DNA of 64,000 nucleotides. Origin: Lama guanicoe (Eukaryota). Shown here piece by piece: positions 13,795-26,722 of the stretch. Both the position numbers and the translations under genes were made by a program. The notes below the pieces were generated by a model. It was not told the origin of the DNA. It made no database searches and worked only from the letters and a program-made list of their open reading frames with translations. The stretch lies in the NCBI GenBank assembly GCA_013239625.1, contig MU054323.1, positions 1,426,001 to 1,490,000 on the forward strand, read 5' to 3'. Every line of letters starts with the position of its first letter. Position 1 is the stretch's first letter.

Positions 13795-14020
13795 GATAAT
13801 AATCACTGCTGTTTCTTGAACACCTGCTATGTGGAAGGCCCTGTTAGAAGGAATTCACTATGTTATCTCATTTCATCCTCAAAACAACCCAGTGAGCAAA
13901 TGTTATCATTTCCATTTGACAAATGAGGAAACCGAGGCTCTGACGGGCAAGGAACTTATCGAAAGTCATATACTCTGTATGCCCTGGGAGCATCATTTGA
14001 CCCCAGGTCTGACTCCAGCA
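13795..14020 (-). mobile_element. MIR
   Basis: tctcatttcatcctcaaaacaacccagtgag...catttgacaaatgaggaaaccgaggctc (antisense MIR core). Confidence 0.75.
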
Positions 14021-14710
14021 CACGTTTCCCCCCTCCCCAAACTAAGTCCAAGTGAAAGGTAAAAGAGACGTGTCCTGAGAGGAAGAGCAGGGAACCCACA
14101 AAATGGGGTCCAAGGGAAACTGAGTCTGAATAGAAGCTTTCCTAAAGATGTAGCCCAGCACCTGGGCATCGAGTGTGGCTTTGGTCTCAGTGGTGTTTCC
14201 CGGGTGCTCAGGAAACGTTCTCTGTGCCCAGGAAAGGAGGAAGAAGATGGCAGTTGAGTCTGCCCCCCAAGGGCTTATCGCGCCACTTGACCCCTTGTGG
14301 ATTAGAGTCCCCGAGCCCCTGGCCGCCTGGTTGCCAGGTGGGCTTAGTTTGGAACCACCTAGTCAGACCCAAGGGCTAGTGTCCACTGGCAGCTCCCATC
14401 CTGGGGTCGCGGCTGTAGGACAGCTCAGGTGGGAACTTGGCTGGAAGCAACTGGAAAAGGCCTAGGGAGGGAGGCCACTCTTCACTCCCTAGTCACAGGG
14501 ACTGGATTGGTTCTTCCCAGTCCTGCAGGTCCCAGGACCCTTGGCCCATCTCAGTGCTCAAGGATCACAGGTCTGGGCGTTGCAACAGCTCCGAGTGGAA
14601 TAGCCGAGGTGCGGCAGCCAGGGCCCTGCTAGACCCTGTTACTAACTTGCTATGTTCCCTGACAGAAGTCCCCTGGCTCCAGGCCACCTCTAGAAAATGA
14701 AGGGACTGCA

Positions 14711-15338
14711 GAGGGGACTCTAATTCTAAAAGACACATGCACCCCAATGTTCACAGCAGCACTATTTACAATAGCCAAGACATGGAAGCAACCTAAATGT
14801 CCATCGACAGATGGCTGGATAAAGAAGTAATGGTATATTTATACAATGGAATACTACTCAGCCTTAAAAAGTAACATGGATGGACCTAGAGATTGTCATT
14901 CTAAGTGAAATAAAACAGAAAGAGAAAGAAAAATACCATATGATATCACTCATATGTGGAATCTAAAATAAAGAAAAAAAGAAGGACACTAATGAACTCA
15001 TCTACGAAACAGAAACAGACTTGCAGACATAGTAAACAATCTTATGGTTACTGGGGGAAAGGGGGTGGGAAGGGATAAAGTTCAGAGTTTGAGATTTGCA
15101 AATATTGGCCACTATATACAAAAATAGATTTTAAAAAGTTCTTCTGTATAATATAGCACAGGCAACTATATTCAATATCGTATAATAATCTTTAATGAAA
15201 AAGAATATGAAAGGAATATATGTATATGCAAGACTGGGACATTGTGCTGTACACCAGAAATTGACACTCTGTAACTGACTGTACTTCAACTTAAAAAAAA
15301 AGTAACAATAAAAAAATAATAAATAATTAAAAAAAAAT
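14711..15338 (+). mobile_element. Relatively young 5'-truncated L1 (ORF2 C-terminus, 3' UTR, A-rich tail)
   Basis: Encodes KDTCTPMFTAALFTIAKTWKQPKCPSTDGWIKK*WYIYTMEYYSA (end of L1 ORF2, with a premature stop). A-rich tail at about 15293-15338. TSD aaaatgaagggactgca (14694-14710) / aaaacgaagggattgta (15339-15355). Confidence 0.9.
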
Positions 15339-16364
15339 AAAACGAAGGGATTGTATCAGGGATGGGATGGGGCCCGCTTCTGTGTTCACCTTCGTGTACT
15401 TATTTTTTATTCTTTCTGGAACAGAACCCTTGTGGCTTGCCCTAACAGTGCCACGGCCACTGCCATCAAAATGTTTTCCCTCATTTATGACAAGTCAAAT
15501 AAGGACTCTTTGCCTTATCTTGCATCCCCAAGGATGCAGTCTGTGCCCCCTGCCTGTTTCGTGCTTGTGGGCTAGGACCTCTGCTGTAATCCCAGAAGGT
15601 TCCCAACTGGAGGTAAAGTCAGCCGAGACTGCCATGAGAAAGCTCGTCTCCCCTTTTCTGAAGCTGCTGTGGTCCCCAGAGGCGGCATAAAAGGCCAGCT
15701 GGTGATCAGCACTCTCCCTGCCGCTGGGAACTGCTGCTGGGGGCTGGTGAGTACTCGGCTTCGGGAGGATGAAGATGAGAAGAGCCAGAGTGCCCGATAC
15801 TTGCCTTTATTAGAAACGAAAACCCCACACAATGTGCTGGGAAACTCTGAGGCTTAGTTTTCAGGGCGGTTTTAACAGTCTCTGGAAACTAGCAGCCTCA
15901 TGTCATTTGTTTATAGGATCCAGGAGGGGTGGTGATGGAGATTGTTTCAACATCCTGGCACGCAGATAAACATGCCTCCTGGCTTATGGGCTGTGAGGCT
16001 TTGGCATGGGGACTGCGCGCTGCTGGGGTGGGAGGGTGGGGCGCCCAGCCAGGTCTGGAGACCGGGGTCTCACCCTCACTCTGCCACCAGTTTCCCTGAG
16101 TGATCCTGGAGGACCTCAGACTCTCTGACCTAAAGCCAAGGGGCTTAAAACAGAAGACCCTGAGTCAAATCTTCACCAGCTTTGGTCTTCCCTAGTTGTG
16201 TAACTTTTTATTTCTTAATGTGACTCCCCAGTAAAGGATCTTGAAACCATATCAAGGATGCCAGAGGGAAGGAGTGAGGAATCAGAGGCTACTTGGGTTA
16301 AATCTGTGCTGCTTTGGTGTTTTCCCCTTAGACCAGTTACTTTGATTCTTCTTCCTGTTTTCCA

Positions 16365-16515
16365 TTGGTGATTCCCAAATTGACCAAGAATCATACTCAC
16401 CTGAGTTGCTTGTTAAACGTACAGACATCTCTCTAAGAGACGGGTCTCAAGCTGTATTTTAAACAAAATAACCAAGGGTGATTCTTGACATTAGGCAAGT
16501 TTGGGACACACTGCT
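16365..16515. mobile_element. MER5-like hAT-Charlie MITE
   Basis: cattggtgattcccaaatt...ctgtattttaaacaa...ggtgattctt...aagtttgggacacactg, with degenerate terminal inverted repeats. Confidence 0.55.
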
Positions 16516-17441
16516 TAAGAGTTTTCACCTGGGACCAGTCACAGGTGAAGTTGCCTGATGGGGCGCGAGTTTGTCTCTCTGTTCCTTATACTCCCAAGCT
16601 CTCGGCTGAGAGCATCCATCTCACCAGGCTCCATATTCCAAGAGGTGAATGTCTTCTGTGTCCGGTTCTGAGCCCTTCAAGACTGGAACCATGTCTTCTC
16701 TTTATATCCCACTGTGCCCAGCACAGGCCTTTCTCATAGACGATGCCTATAAATGTCCACTGAACTGAGTTGCCCAGAGAGTTTTTTCTCCTCAGTTAAC
16801 CAGGCCATCAGCCATTATTGGTACAAATTCATGCCTTTAAGGACAAGGAGGAGAGGGGAGTAGTGGGAGTGTGTAGAGATGTGTCACAGAGAAGACAGCC
16901 TGGGAACCGAGCCTTGGAGGAGGAGTACGGTTCGGGCAAGTGGTAGAAAGGAAAAGAAAGGAGGATCCAGGCAGGAGCAGACTCTTCCAGTTATTTCCAT
17001 GTTCAGATGAGGATCCCAGGGCCCAGAGAGAAGACCTGTTTATTCTAGGCTGGCCCAGGTAACCTGACACAAGAACCAGCTCAACTCCCATTCAAGACTC
17101 CTTCCACACCTGGCACCGTCATGTGTTCCACAGGCCTCCCGCCTGAGCCCCTAAAGCTCTTTCATCCTCTACTCTGAGCCCTATTTCCAGGACTGTTTCT
17201 CCTCCAATTTGCTCATCCTGCTGTGCGTCTGCATGCGTGGTGGCACCATGCATCTCAGCACCACCCTTGCCCCTGCCGATCTTTACATGAATCTCACCAA
17301 GATTCAGCCAGGCTGAAGGCCAGGTTACCTGGGAGACGCTGGGCGTGCTGTTCTGTGTACCTCACTGCAGGCATCAAGCCTTGATGTCTCCTGAGAAAGT
17401 GGACTTGGATACCAGAATGGGCAAAAGACAGGCTCAGGGCA

Positions 17442-17462
17442 ACACACACACACACACACACA
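17442..17462. repeat. (AC)10 microsatellite
   Basis: Read directly from the sequence. Confidence 0.9.
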
Positions 17463-18599
17463 TATATTTTATCTGAATCCGCTTTAAGACCAAAAGGGTC
17501 TGTGGAGGAAAGATGCTCATGGGTGTTTCTCAGCCCTTCTGGTGGGCCTTTTCCCCCTTGCAGGAAGTGTCCCGGTTCTCTCCTTAAAGTACTCTTGCAT
17601 GTTTTGCCTCTTCTGCTCTGAAATCCTGCTATCAAGGCAGGTTAGGAAATGGATGAGGAGTGGCCAAACCCAGAGCAGGAAGACCAGTTAGGAGGTGGTT
17701 GCAGAACCCAGGCAACAGGAGATGGCAGCCTGTATTAGGGAACCAGTGGGATTTGAGAGAACTCGTTCACTCTGTCCTAAGCTTTTTATGAGCTGGTTGA
17801 GCTCGGGTAAACTACTCAGTCTTTCTGAGCGGCAAACCCCTCACCGATTAAACAGAGATGATAATTATCTCTTACAGCATTGTTACATGAGTAAATATTG
17901 TGGCATAAAAGCCTTTTATAAACTATAGTGTGCAAAAATGTGGTCTCTTGTGGTGATCATTTGCAGTTTGGTGCCTTGTCCCCAGACCTGTTCCCGGTGG
18001 CGTTTGCCTTGCTCATCAGAACCCTTCCATCAGTCCCGTTTTGTGCAGCACACTCAGTCTCTCTCTCAAACCATGAGAAATTATGTGATTTGAGGCTGGG
18101 CTGGTTTTTATCTTATAGCCTGGAACCCTAGCTTAAAAATAATACACTCCAATACCTGTCCCCTCCCTTCTTAGGTAACAAATGCTTAAGTACCAACCAG
18201 GTTTTGGGTAAAGAATCCACAGAGCCAACATGCGCCAACTGTTTTGAGACAAACCAGTTTGAAGTCTGTGACGCATGTTTTCATATTTACAAAACTTGGT
18301 TGCAAATCACTGACTGGTGGGGTTGGAAGGACCTTAAAGATCATCTGCTCCAGCTCACTCACTTTTCAACTGGGGAGACTGAGCAACATGGAAGGAAAGG
18401 ATCTTGCCTGAGGTTATGGATTTAACTAGAAACAGAGCAGGAATAAATCTCCCCCCTCCTCAGTTATGTCATGGAATCTTTCAGGAAACATGTTAAATTT
18501 GTGTCCTTTCTTTCATTACCCAGTCTTATAATGAAGGTACTACATGGCCCATTTCACCCCAACCCCAAAACAGAAGGAGCGGAGGTGGGGAGGGCACCA

Positions 18600-19520
18600 G
18601 TTCACTTATCAAACATAACAAAGTGCCACCTCCGTGCCAAGTCCTGGGATGCTGAGACAAAGACATGGCCTAGCCTTCTCGCTGTTCAGAATTTAGTGAT
18701 GAAGACAGACAAGGAGACAATCTCTAGGAGGGCAGGCTGTTTTCCATACAGTTACACGAACCATTCCTCCCGTCTGCTGTCTGCACTTCATACTTACGAC
18801 TGCACTGACTCTCTCCATATGTGGATTATTAAGAGAGTGATTTTCCCGGAAAGAAACACACCACATCCCATAACTTGATGAAAACCAGTGAGTACCTACT
18901 GCATAGTGGCTCAGTTCCCCTCATTCATTCATTCCCTCGAGCAATATTTGTTGCGCATCCAGGATGAGGTACCAGGATACAAAAAAAAAAAAATAGAAGC
19001 AGTCATCTCAAGCAACTAACAGTTCCAGAGAAGAACACATAATGATCATAGAAGGCTTTGTAAGGGAAGGGAGATAGATGCCTAGGACGTCAGCCTTGGA
19101 AAGTCTGCAACAATTTCACAGAGCAGAGGGCATGTGAGCTGAGACTACTTGAAGAAGGAGAAGATGTCTGCTGAGCAGACAAAGGGGATGACATTCCAGA
19201 AACAGCACGTGCAAAGCATGAATGTGTAGAAGCATGCAAGCCCTGGGACCTGTAGCAGTTGATTGTTGCTGGCGTGTGAAGTGAAAAGACAGATTGGCAG
19301 AGAATGAGGGCATGAGTAGGCAGGGCGGTGCCATGCTAGGGAGATGGGGCTACATCCTGTAGACAGTGGAGAACTCTTGAGGGTTTTAGGGAGAGGATCA
19401 GGTGGTGAGATGGTGAATTTCAGAAATCCATTTAAGCACCATGCAGGAAGTGGGTTAGAGTCGGAGAGCCCAATGAAGGTTATTAATCCAGGCAAAACCT
19501 GATGAGGGCAGTGGCAGTGC
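18600..19520 (-). mobile_element. L2 fragments
   Basis: tcattcattcattc...aatatttgttgcgcatcc (antisense L2 tail) and catcctgtagacagtggagaactcttgagggttttaggg. Confidence 0.65.
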
Positions 19521-22020
19521 CAATCTGAGCCAGGCCAGAACTTGATTTTCTACATGATTCATTCATTTCCAGGCATACCTGAGTGATGGTGCTGACCATG
19601 ACCTGTAGCCAAAAAGCATGAACTTATGCATTTGCGTCTCCAAAACTGTGATTCATGGTCCTGACAACATTTCCCATTGTGCGTAAGAGACCGTCGTTTC
19701 CCCGGTTACCTGAACGGTTTAAGGCATTACAATGACCCAAGGAGAATCCAAGCTTCCTTGCTTAAAAGAGAAGCTGACAGATTGTTGACCTTCAAAGGCA
19801 CTTGGAGGAAGTGGTTTTTAATAACCCTTAATCCATTTTCCCATCACTCATACAAACTCACTTCTGAGCTTGTGGTTTTGGTAAATCTAACAGTCTTTTC
19901 CAAACAACAGCCTGACAAAGTGATCCCTCTGTCATCCCTTTTAGCCTCTCAAGCCTTCCAGGGTTTGCTCCTCATGTTCTTTCTCCTGAAGTGCCTTCCA
20001 GTCACCTGTCTGTCTGTAATTTTGCACCAGCACCTTGCAGATCCAGATTCAAAGTCTAGCTCTGCCACTTGTTAGCTGTATGATCCAGCACAGGAGAGCT
20101 GCTGAGTTTGTCACAGGGTTGGAGATCGAGTTTGTGATGTGCCCAGCATAGTACCACCCCACAGCCACTCTCAGGGTTCAGTAGATAGTATTGTTAAGTG
20201 AGGTTCTAGCTCAATAATGAAAACTTGTAATTCTCTACTGAAAAGAATAAAGAGAAGTACTGAAAGGTTTGGTAACACACCTTTTGAATATCAGAATAAC
20301 CATGAATTATAGTTTTCCTGCCCAGATTAATTAAACCTGACACCTGAGTACCCACTTGATTTCCACATCCAACTGTGGAATCCCACAGTAACTTATAATT
20401 AAGAGACAGTTGCTAATAAGAGACTTGGAACTTGAAATTAAGAGCAAAAAATAAGTAGAGAAGCTTCATGGGAAGGGGCACAGTTGTTGATCTTCGGGTC
20501 CTTTCCTCAGACAGAAGAGTTTGGAGACAAATGGCCCTCTTAACAGCATCTTCTCGTTGTGTTCTGTGTTTCCAAGGAAGACGCTTTCTCTGGAAGCAGT
20601 TTGAGTGGTTTGGTTTCATTACAGGGAAAGAATTGTTCAGTGTTAGGGCAGGTTACTGACAGTGGGTGTGGAATCTGTTTTAGAAGAAGATAAAAAAGTA
20701 TTATGACAACGAGGTATGTGGTAAGATTACCCCTCCGGGCTTTTTCAAGTATACACCTGCCAAGAGCCTGGTAGAGAATTTGTTTCAAGCACATTGAAGG
20801 ATTATATCCACTTGGGTAAATTCTGCAAAACACAACTCAGTCTCCTCTAACAGGACTATGAAGATCTTGGGACGTTTCTTCTTATTCTGTTGATCCCCCA
20901 GATTTTCAAGTCTAACTTGACTTTTTTAAATCACTCTGTGGTTAATTTTTCTTTTCTTTTTCGTTTCTTTTTTGTTACAAAACAACAACATTCAAGGGAC
21001 ATTTTTAAAAATCATCCTTGATTTTCCTGCACTGACAACAACGATTTTAATTTTGGAGTATTTTTTGGTCTTTGTTTACCTACTTACTTCTTAACTAGTC
21101 ATCACAATAAATCTGAAAGAGTTTTATTATTATGTGAGCTTTATTGAGCAAGAAATTAAAGATAAAGCAGTTAATTAATATTACCCTAAGTAACATATAT
21201 AGTAAATGGCCAAATCAGGAGTGAAAAGCAGGGATAACTAAACCTATGCTGGGTCCACCTACACTCAGCTGTGATGCTGGCCACACAAGCTGACACATAA
21301 TCTATACGGGAAACATTATTTTATGCACTATTATTTTTACTTAGGAGCAGTGATAATAAAAAAATGGAATTATGTCAACTGAATTATATCACTAACCAAT
21401 CTTTCAAAAAAGCCACCCAGAGTTCGTCAACACTCAAGGCAATGTCATAGGAAGTCTCTGAAGGTGAGAAGAGAAATAGAGAATTAATGTGACTGATAAA
21501 AATGAGCTGTTTCCTTTTGAAAAAGAAAAAAAAAGAGCAGAAACTTTAGAACAACTGAGATTCCCTACGCATTGCTAATCAGATTTTCGAAGCCACTTTT
21601 TGATCATTTACCCCTAAAGCCCTTCTACTGTTCTTGCCAATAATCACACTTAATATTCCTGCAAACTAAATGTAGAATTAGGCACTTGCACAGTAAGTGC
21701 TAATAAGTTGTAGTTCATAAAAGGAGGGTATAAACAGTTTCCATATACTTTACATGAATGGTATAAAAAGGGATGGTTGCCTTTCCATTTGGGAGTCAAT
21801 GCCATGTAAAAGATGACACTTGATAAAGGGAGAATGACCTCTACAGCCTTTTGAACTGGGAGAAGAGTCTTTTTCACTCATCACTTTTCTAGAATACCAA
21901 ACAGAAGGAATCAGACTTGGGGAGACTTTGATCAGACACACTGGAGGGACTTCCAACCAAGAGAGTGCCCGGAACTCTAGCTTGGCTTCTAATCAAGCTT
22001 GAAATGATCACAGCCACAGC

Positions 22021-22049
22021 GCTAATTGCATTAATTTGCTTTTCTTCAG
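22021..22049 (+). promoter_or_regulatory. 3' splice site of the VSNL1 coding exon (branch-point-like CTAAT, pyrimidine tract, AG)
   Basis: gCTAAT at 22021-22026, then ttgcttttcttc, then AG at 22048-22049, directly before the exon. Confidence 0.8.
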
Positions 22050-22054
22050 GCAGA

Positions 22055-22216
22055 ATGGGGAAGCAGAATAGCAAACTGGCCCCTGAAGTGATGGAGGACC
22101 TGGTGAAGAGCACAGAATTTAATGAGCATGAACTCAAGCAGTGGTACAAAGGCTTTCTCAAGGACTGTCCAAGTGGGAGGCTGAATCTCGAGGAATTTCA
22201 GCAACTCTACGTGAAG
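22055..22216 (+). CDS. VSNL1: Visinin-like protein 1 (VILIP-1), first coding exon, residues 1-54: [54 protein letters not shown]
   Basis: The translation matches the VILIP-1 N-terminus, with the N-myristoylation motif MGxxxS and the Cys-Pro-containing EF-hand 1 (KDCPSG) typical of NCS proteins. Acceptor ttttcttcAG ends at 22049, then 5 nt of UTR (gcaga) and ATG at 22055. The phase-0 donor is AAG|GTAAGT at 22216/22217. 162 coding nt. Confidence 0.97.
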
Positions 22217-23089
22217 GTAAGTTGTTTTTCAACCTCTTTTTTTTTTTTTTCCTTCAGGCTGGAAAATGTTGTCTTCATCAAATGTAGCTTCACATAGTTA
22301 TAACTTGAAATAGCCAATTGGTTTCAACTCTGGTGGTTTTCCATCCAAAAAGAAAAACGATCATTGTGAAAAATGCAAAGGGATGTGTTTTGTTCCACAG
22401 ATAAGTCAAGCAGTTTCTGAACAAGAAGAGTAATTGTCTAATCAAAACACTAAATAGAGTTCAGAGGATGACAGCACCTGGTAAAGAACAGGAAAAATCT
22501 CAGATAATAGTGTTTGCTGATGACTGTTGACAAACTGCTAATTGCCTCCATTGTTTGGCTTGTTAAAGGGATCTGGACCTCTCTCAGTTAAAAAGAAAAT
22601 TCACGGGGTGGGGGGTGCTTTTTCACCAAGAAAGGTCCCATTATTTGCAAATCAGAAAAAGATACAGATCCCCACAGCTTTGCATTTAGAGGGAAGTACA
22701 GAGCTCTGATACACATCCAGGTATACCAGGATGGTCTTCTAGCATTTTATCAAGGTCTAAAATGTGGGCTGTTAACTCAGCATTTTGTACTGTTTCGGTA
22801 TTAATATTCCCTTGGACGTTAGATAGAACTGTTCCGGGGAAGGTATAATTTGCACTGCAGTGGTATTGTTTCAGTTTGTCTGAGTTTATCTGTTGTACTG
22901 TTTCTGGATTTGGCATGATCTAAGACATTCCATTTTGTTCGTGTGTCTATAACGTGAGGCTTGTGAAAGAAAGGCGTTGTTTTAACTTTTTCTGACTAAA
23001 ATGCCAAATATAAAATCGTGCTGTTATCATTTAAGTGCAGCTAATGTCAGTTAGAGCCAGATGAACCATCCACTTGCATACATGTATAT

Positions 23090-23600
23090 GGGGTGATTGT
23101 GTAAAATATTAAACATTGCCATTCTCTCCTGAAGTTGAACATTTCACATAGCCTTTGCTCCAGCAATTCTAATCCTTGCAAATATACAAGAAGGGACATG
23201 TGTAAGGCTCATGTTCACAATAGCAAAACTGGGAAACAACCCAGATGCCCATCAAAGGGAGCGTGGAAAATAAATGGTGATAGACTCACACAGCAGCCAA
23301 AACAGTTGAACTGCAGCAACGCTGAAATATTAAGTGCAAAAAGTAGTCTCAGAATACTCTAAATTCAAATAAGATAAAAATAGGTTTTATAAGACTACAA
23401 ACAAATGCAATATAAATCATATAAAAAAGAAAGCAAGACAGTGATGAACACAGGATTCAAAATGATGGTTACATCTAGTGTGTAAGAGGCAAGGGATGGG
23501 ATAGGAGGGCGGCCACATGGCTAGATACAGATTGTGTCAAACTCATAGCCATAGCTTCGGGCAGTGGGTTCGCAGGTGCTTATTGCATTAATAAAAGTTC
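23090..23600 (+). mobile_element. Old L1 3' region
   Basis: ccagcaattctaatcc; tgttcacaatagcaaaactgggaaacaacccagatgcccatcaa...aaataaatggtgat. Confidence 0.7.
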
Positions 23601-26336
23601 ACTAACCCAGCATGGACCACAAATGGATGTCAGGGACATGTGTTTATCATTAATCCAATTCTGACCACCTGAACACTCAAGGTGTTCTCAAAATTCTCTC
23701 TTTTCAGTCTGTGTAGATATGTACACGTGTAGTGGCATGTGTGCATCTTATAAGATCACTGTGACATTTCTAAGATCTGAGTATTTCGTTTTTAGTATAT
23801 GGAGATCTTCTATATGGAAGCACTGAGAAGTGCATTTATTATTCAATTGACATAAGTTGCTTTTGCAGAGAAGTGGGATGGGGTGCGTTTTCCTAAGTTA
23901 TTGTACTACTCTCCGTAGTTTTCAAAGTCACATCTTCTACCATTTTATCACCCAGGAGTTAGCCTGTGTCTCAGAACTGTCTTCCCTCTCAGCCCCAAGG
24001 AAAGTACAGACAAATGAGATTTGTCAAAGCCACTTCCGTATCAGTAAAGGTCACGCAAGCTGTCACTCTGTGTTTAAGAGAGCTCTGTGTGCCATGTTTC
24101 TCACTATTTGCTTAAAGTGAGAGTGGTGTTGCCTTTGAAGGAATAGTTGAAATGCAGGAAATGAAGTCGTTTATTTACATGCTGGAAGTACTCAGCCCTG
24201 AAAAAAAAAAATCCACCTCAAGAGGGAGGAGAGGGTACATAAACATTAAACACCCCTCGGTATTTTATAGTGCAAGTCATCTTCAGGTACCAATATCACT
24301 CCCAACTTCTACCCTACCTACTCCAGCCCAGAGTGAATTCTTTTCCAGGAAGCGGATATATGACTTTGTAGGTGGAGTTTAGATTCTTGGCAGCCTCTTA
24401 AAGCCATATTCAGACTCAGCCTCTGTTCTTGTATCAAATAGCAAGCAAGCAAAGTCGTCTTCTCCTTCCAGAGTTGTCCAAGGACATAATATAAAGGAGA
24501 GTCACAGATGAAATATGCCACATACACAAGGAAAAAAAAAACACAGGTCTGATGGGCTGGAAGGGAGAATAGCAGAGAAAGACGTGAATTATGTAATAAG
24601 GCCCAAGAGAAGGGCTGAGAAGAAAAAAAGTCCTTTAATGCTGTTTAAAAGTACAAGTATTCAGCAAGACAGTCTTTATGTTGGTGAATAGGCACTTTTC
24701 TAGTTCCTTCTATCTCAGTGTGGACATTGAGACCTCCTGGAATCCAGCTGAGTGAGCAAAGCCATTGGGGGCCTCTGCCCTCCTATCTGTGTGGTCTGCT
24801 GGCATGTCCACGCATCGGCTGTCACAGATCTGACACATTTTAGCCTCCAGGAGCGTCACCTCACTGCTGTGGAGTCAATGCTGATGAGGGTGTGAAGAGG
24901 GGAGGAGAATGGGCGAGGCCCTCCTGCAAGGCCAGGAGCCTTTGTATCCAGAATCTAAAGGAATTCCATTAGGTCTATGTTTTAACGCCGTCTAAAACCG
25001 AGGTTCAGAAAAATGAGTCAGTTCGCCCATGTTGTCACAAAAAGAGTGGAGGCAGGATGGACGTGAGAGATGGGGATGCTGACCTGCCCTGCAGCACACA
25101 GCCCTGCCTCGCGACTGGATTCCCGTGGCAGCTCCTCATCCGCCCTGTCCGCAGCCCCTCCTTCATGCAGTTGCTGGAGTGGGATTTGGATAACACGGGT
25201 CTGGACATGGTTTTTGCTAGTTTGATGCAGGTGTTACCCAGCCAGGCTCATTTGCCCAACACTCAGCAAGCCAAATGCCAAGGTGCCAAGGTTTGTAGTA
25301 GAGAAAGAGCTTATTCACACGGCAGCCAAGTGAGGAGGACGAGCCTCAGACCCGCCTCCCGCAGGCAAGGGGCTTGAGACATTTATGGGCTAAAGAAGCA
25401 AGGTGATCCTGGGCATGGGGAAAGGTGATTGGCGGCAGGGAAAAGGTGAGGGCATCACTGTTCTGCACAGACGCGTCTGGGTTACATGCTGCTTCGTGAG
25501 ATGCACGTTCAAAAATGGAGATATTTAGCATGATCTGAGGGTGGAAGTTTTGGCCCTCTGACATCAAAAGGTTATTTATTAGACAACTGCTGATCCAGTT
25601 TTAGGGTCATTGGTCCCAACCAGCGTTAGCCAGCTTGAACTGGAGAGGAGCTGACTCCAAGTTTCTGGAAAACAACTTAAGTGCCCGTTGCTATGGTGAC
25701 CCATACGTCACAGGCGTTATCTATAGGGTTGGCTAAGAAGTCTTGTGATGTATTACCTAGCTATGTGAAGCTTGAGGGATATGCAATTAAAGAAGGGGAA
25801 AAAATAGCTAAAAGAAGCTTAATCAGTAAAGGCAGGTTACAAGCAGAGGGGTTTTTAACAAGCTGTTTCCTTATCTGCTGTTCTGTAAGTAAAGGATTTC
25901 TGTTAAGAGGCCGGCTTCCGTTAACCCTGTGGGGCCCCAGTTCACAGGTTTCATTCTTGGTCAGATAGACAGCAGTCACCTCCTTACAATCAGGGTGGGA
26001 CCCAGTGGTGAGTGGAGGGCCTGCCACAGAGCAAGCACCAGTGTTTGGTGAGTGAATTGTATTAAATGCCAGCTGTGTGTCTCCTTCTCCGGTCCTGCCA
26101 GCTCTCCAGAATCTCACAGGCTGATCGGAAAGACACAGTTAACCACAGCACAAGGCAGAATGACCTAAATGCTTGCTGGTGGGGCAAGAGTGGAAAGGAG
26201 AGGTTAATTTCAAAATGGGATATAAAATAATGAGTTAATTAACGCAGTGATGAAAGGAGGAGGATTTTTCTCCTAGCCTTTCAGAAGATAAAATGTCTCT
26301 GAATAGATAAGTTTTACATTTCACAAGCTTGGTACC

Positions 26337-26722
26337 TGTGATAGGCTGAACTGTGTCCCCGCAAAATTCACAGGTGGATGTTTTCATCTCCAGTATGTCA
26401 GTATGTGACTGTATCTGTAGAGAGGGACTTTAAAGAGGTAATTAAGTTAAAATGAGGTCATTAGGGCAGGCACTAGTCCAGTATGACAGGTGTCCTATAA
26501 AAAGAGGCAGTTAGGATTCAGATGTGAACAGAAGAAAGATCACATGAAGATACAGGGCAGTGGTGGTCATCTACAAACCAAAGAGTGCTTTTCAGAAGAA
26601 AGAGTCTTAGCAACACCTTGATCTTGGACTTCCCCCCTCCAGACCTGTGAGGAAATACACGTTTATTGTTTAAGCCACCCAGTCTGTGGCCCTTGCTATG
26701 GCAGCCCTAACAAATTAGAACA
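26337..26722 (+). mobile_element. MaLR solo LTR, MLT1B-like
   Basis: TG...CA ends, 386 bp. taattaagttaaaatgaggtcattaggg and caccttgatcttggacttc...ttgtttaagccacccagtctgtgg. 5-bp TSD gtacc/gtgcc. Confidence 0.85.

Noticed and set aside
21965..22297. 110-aa ORF as a complete or N-terminally extended protein
   Set aside because: It begins at a GTG in intron sequence and reads through both splice sites. Only 22055-22216 matches VSNL1, and myristoylation needs Gly2 right after the ATG at 22055.
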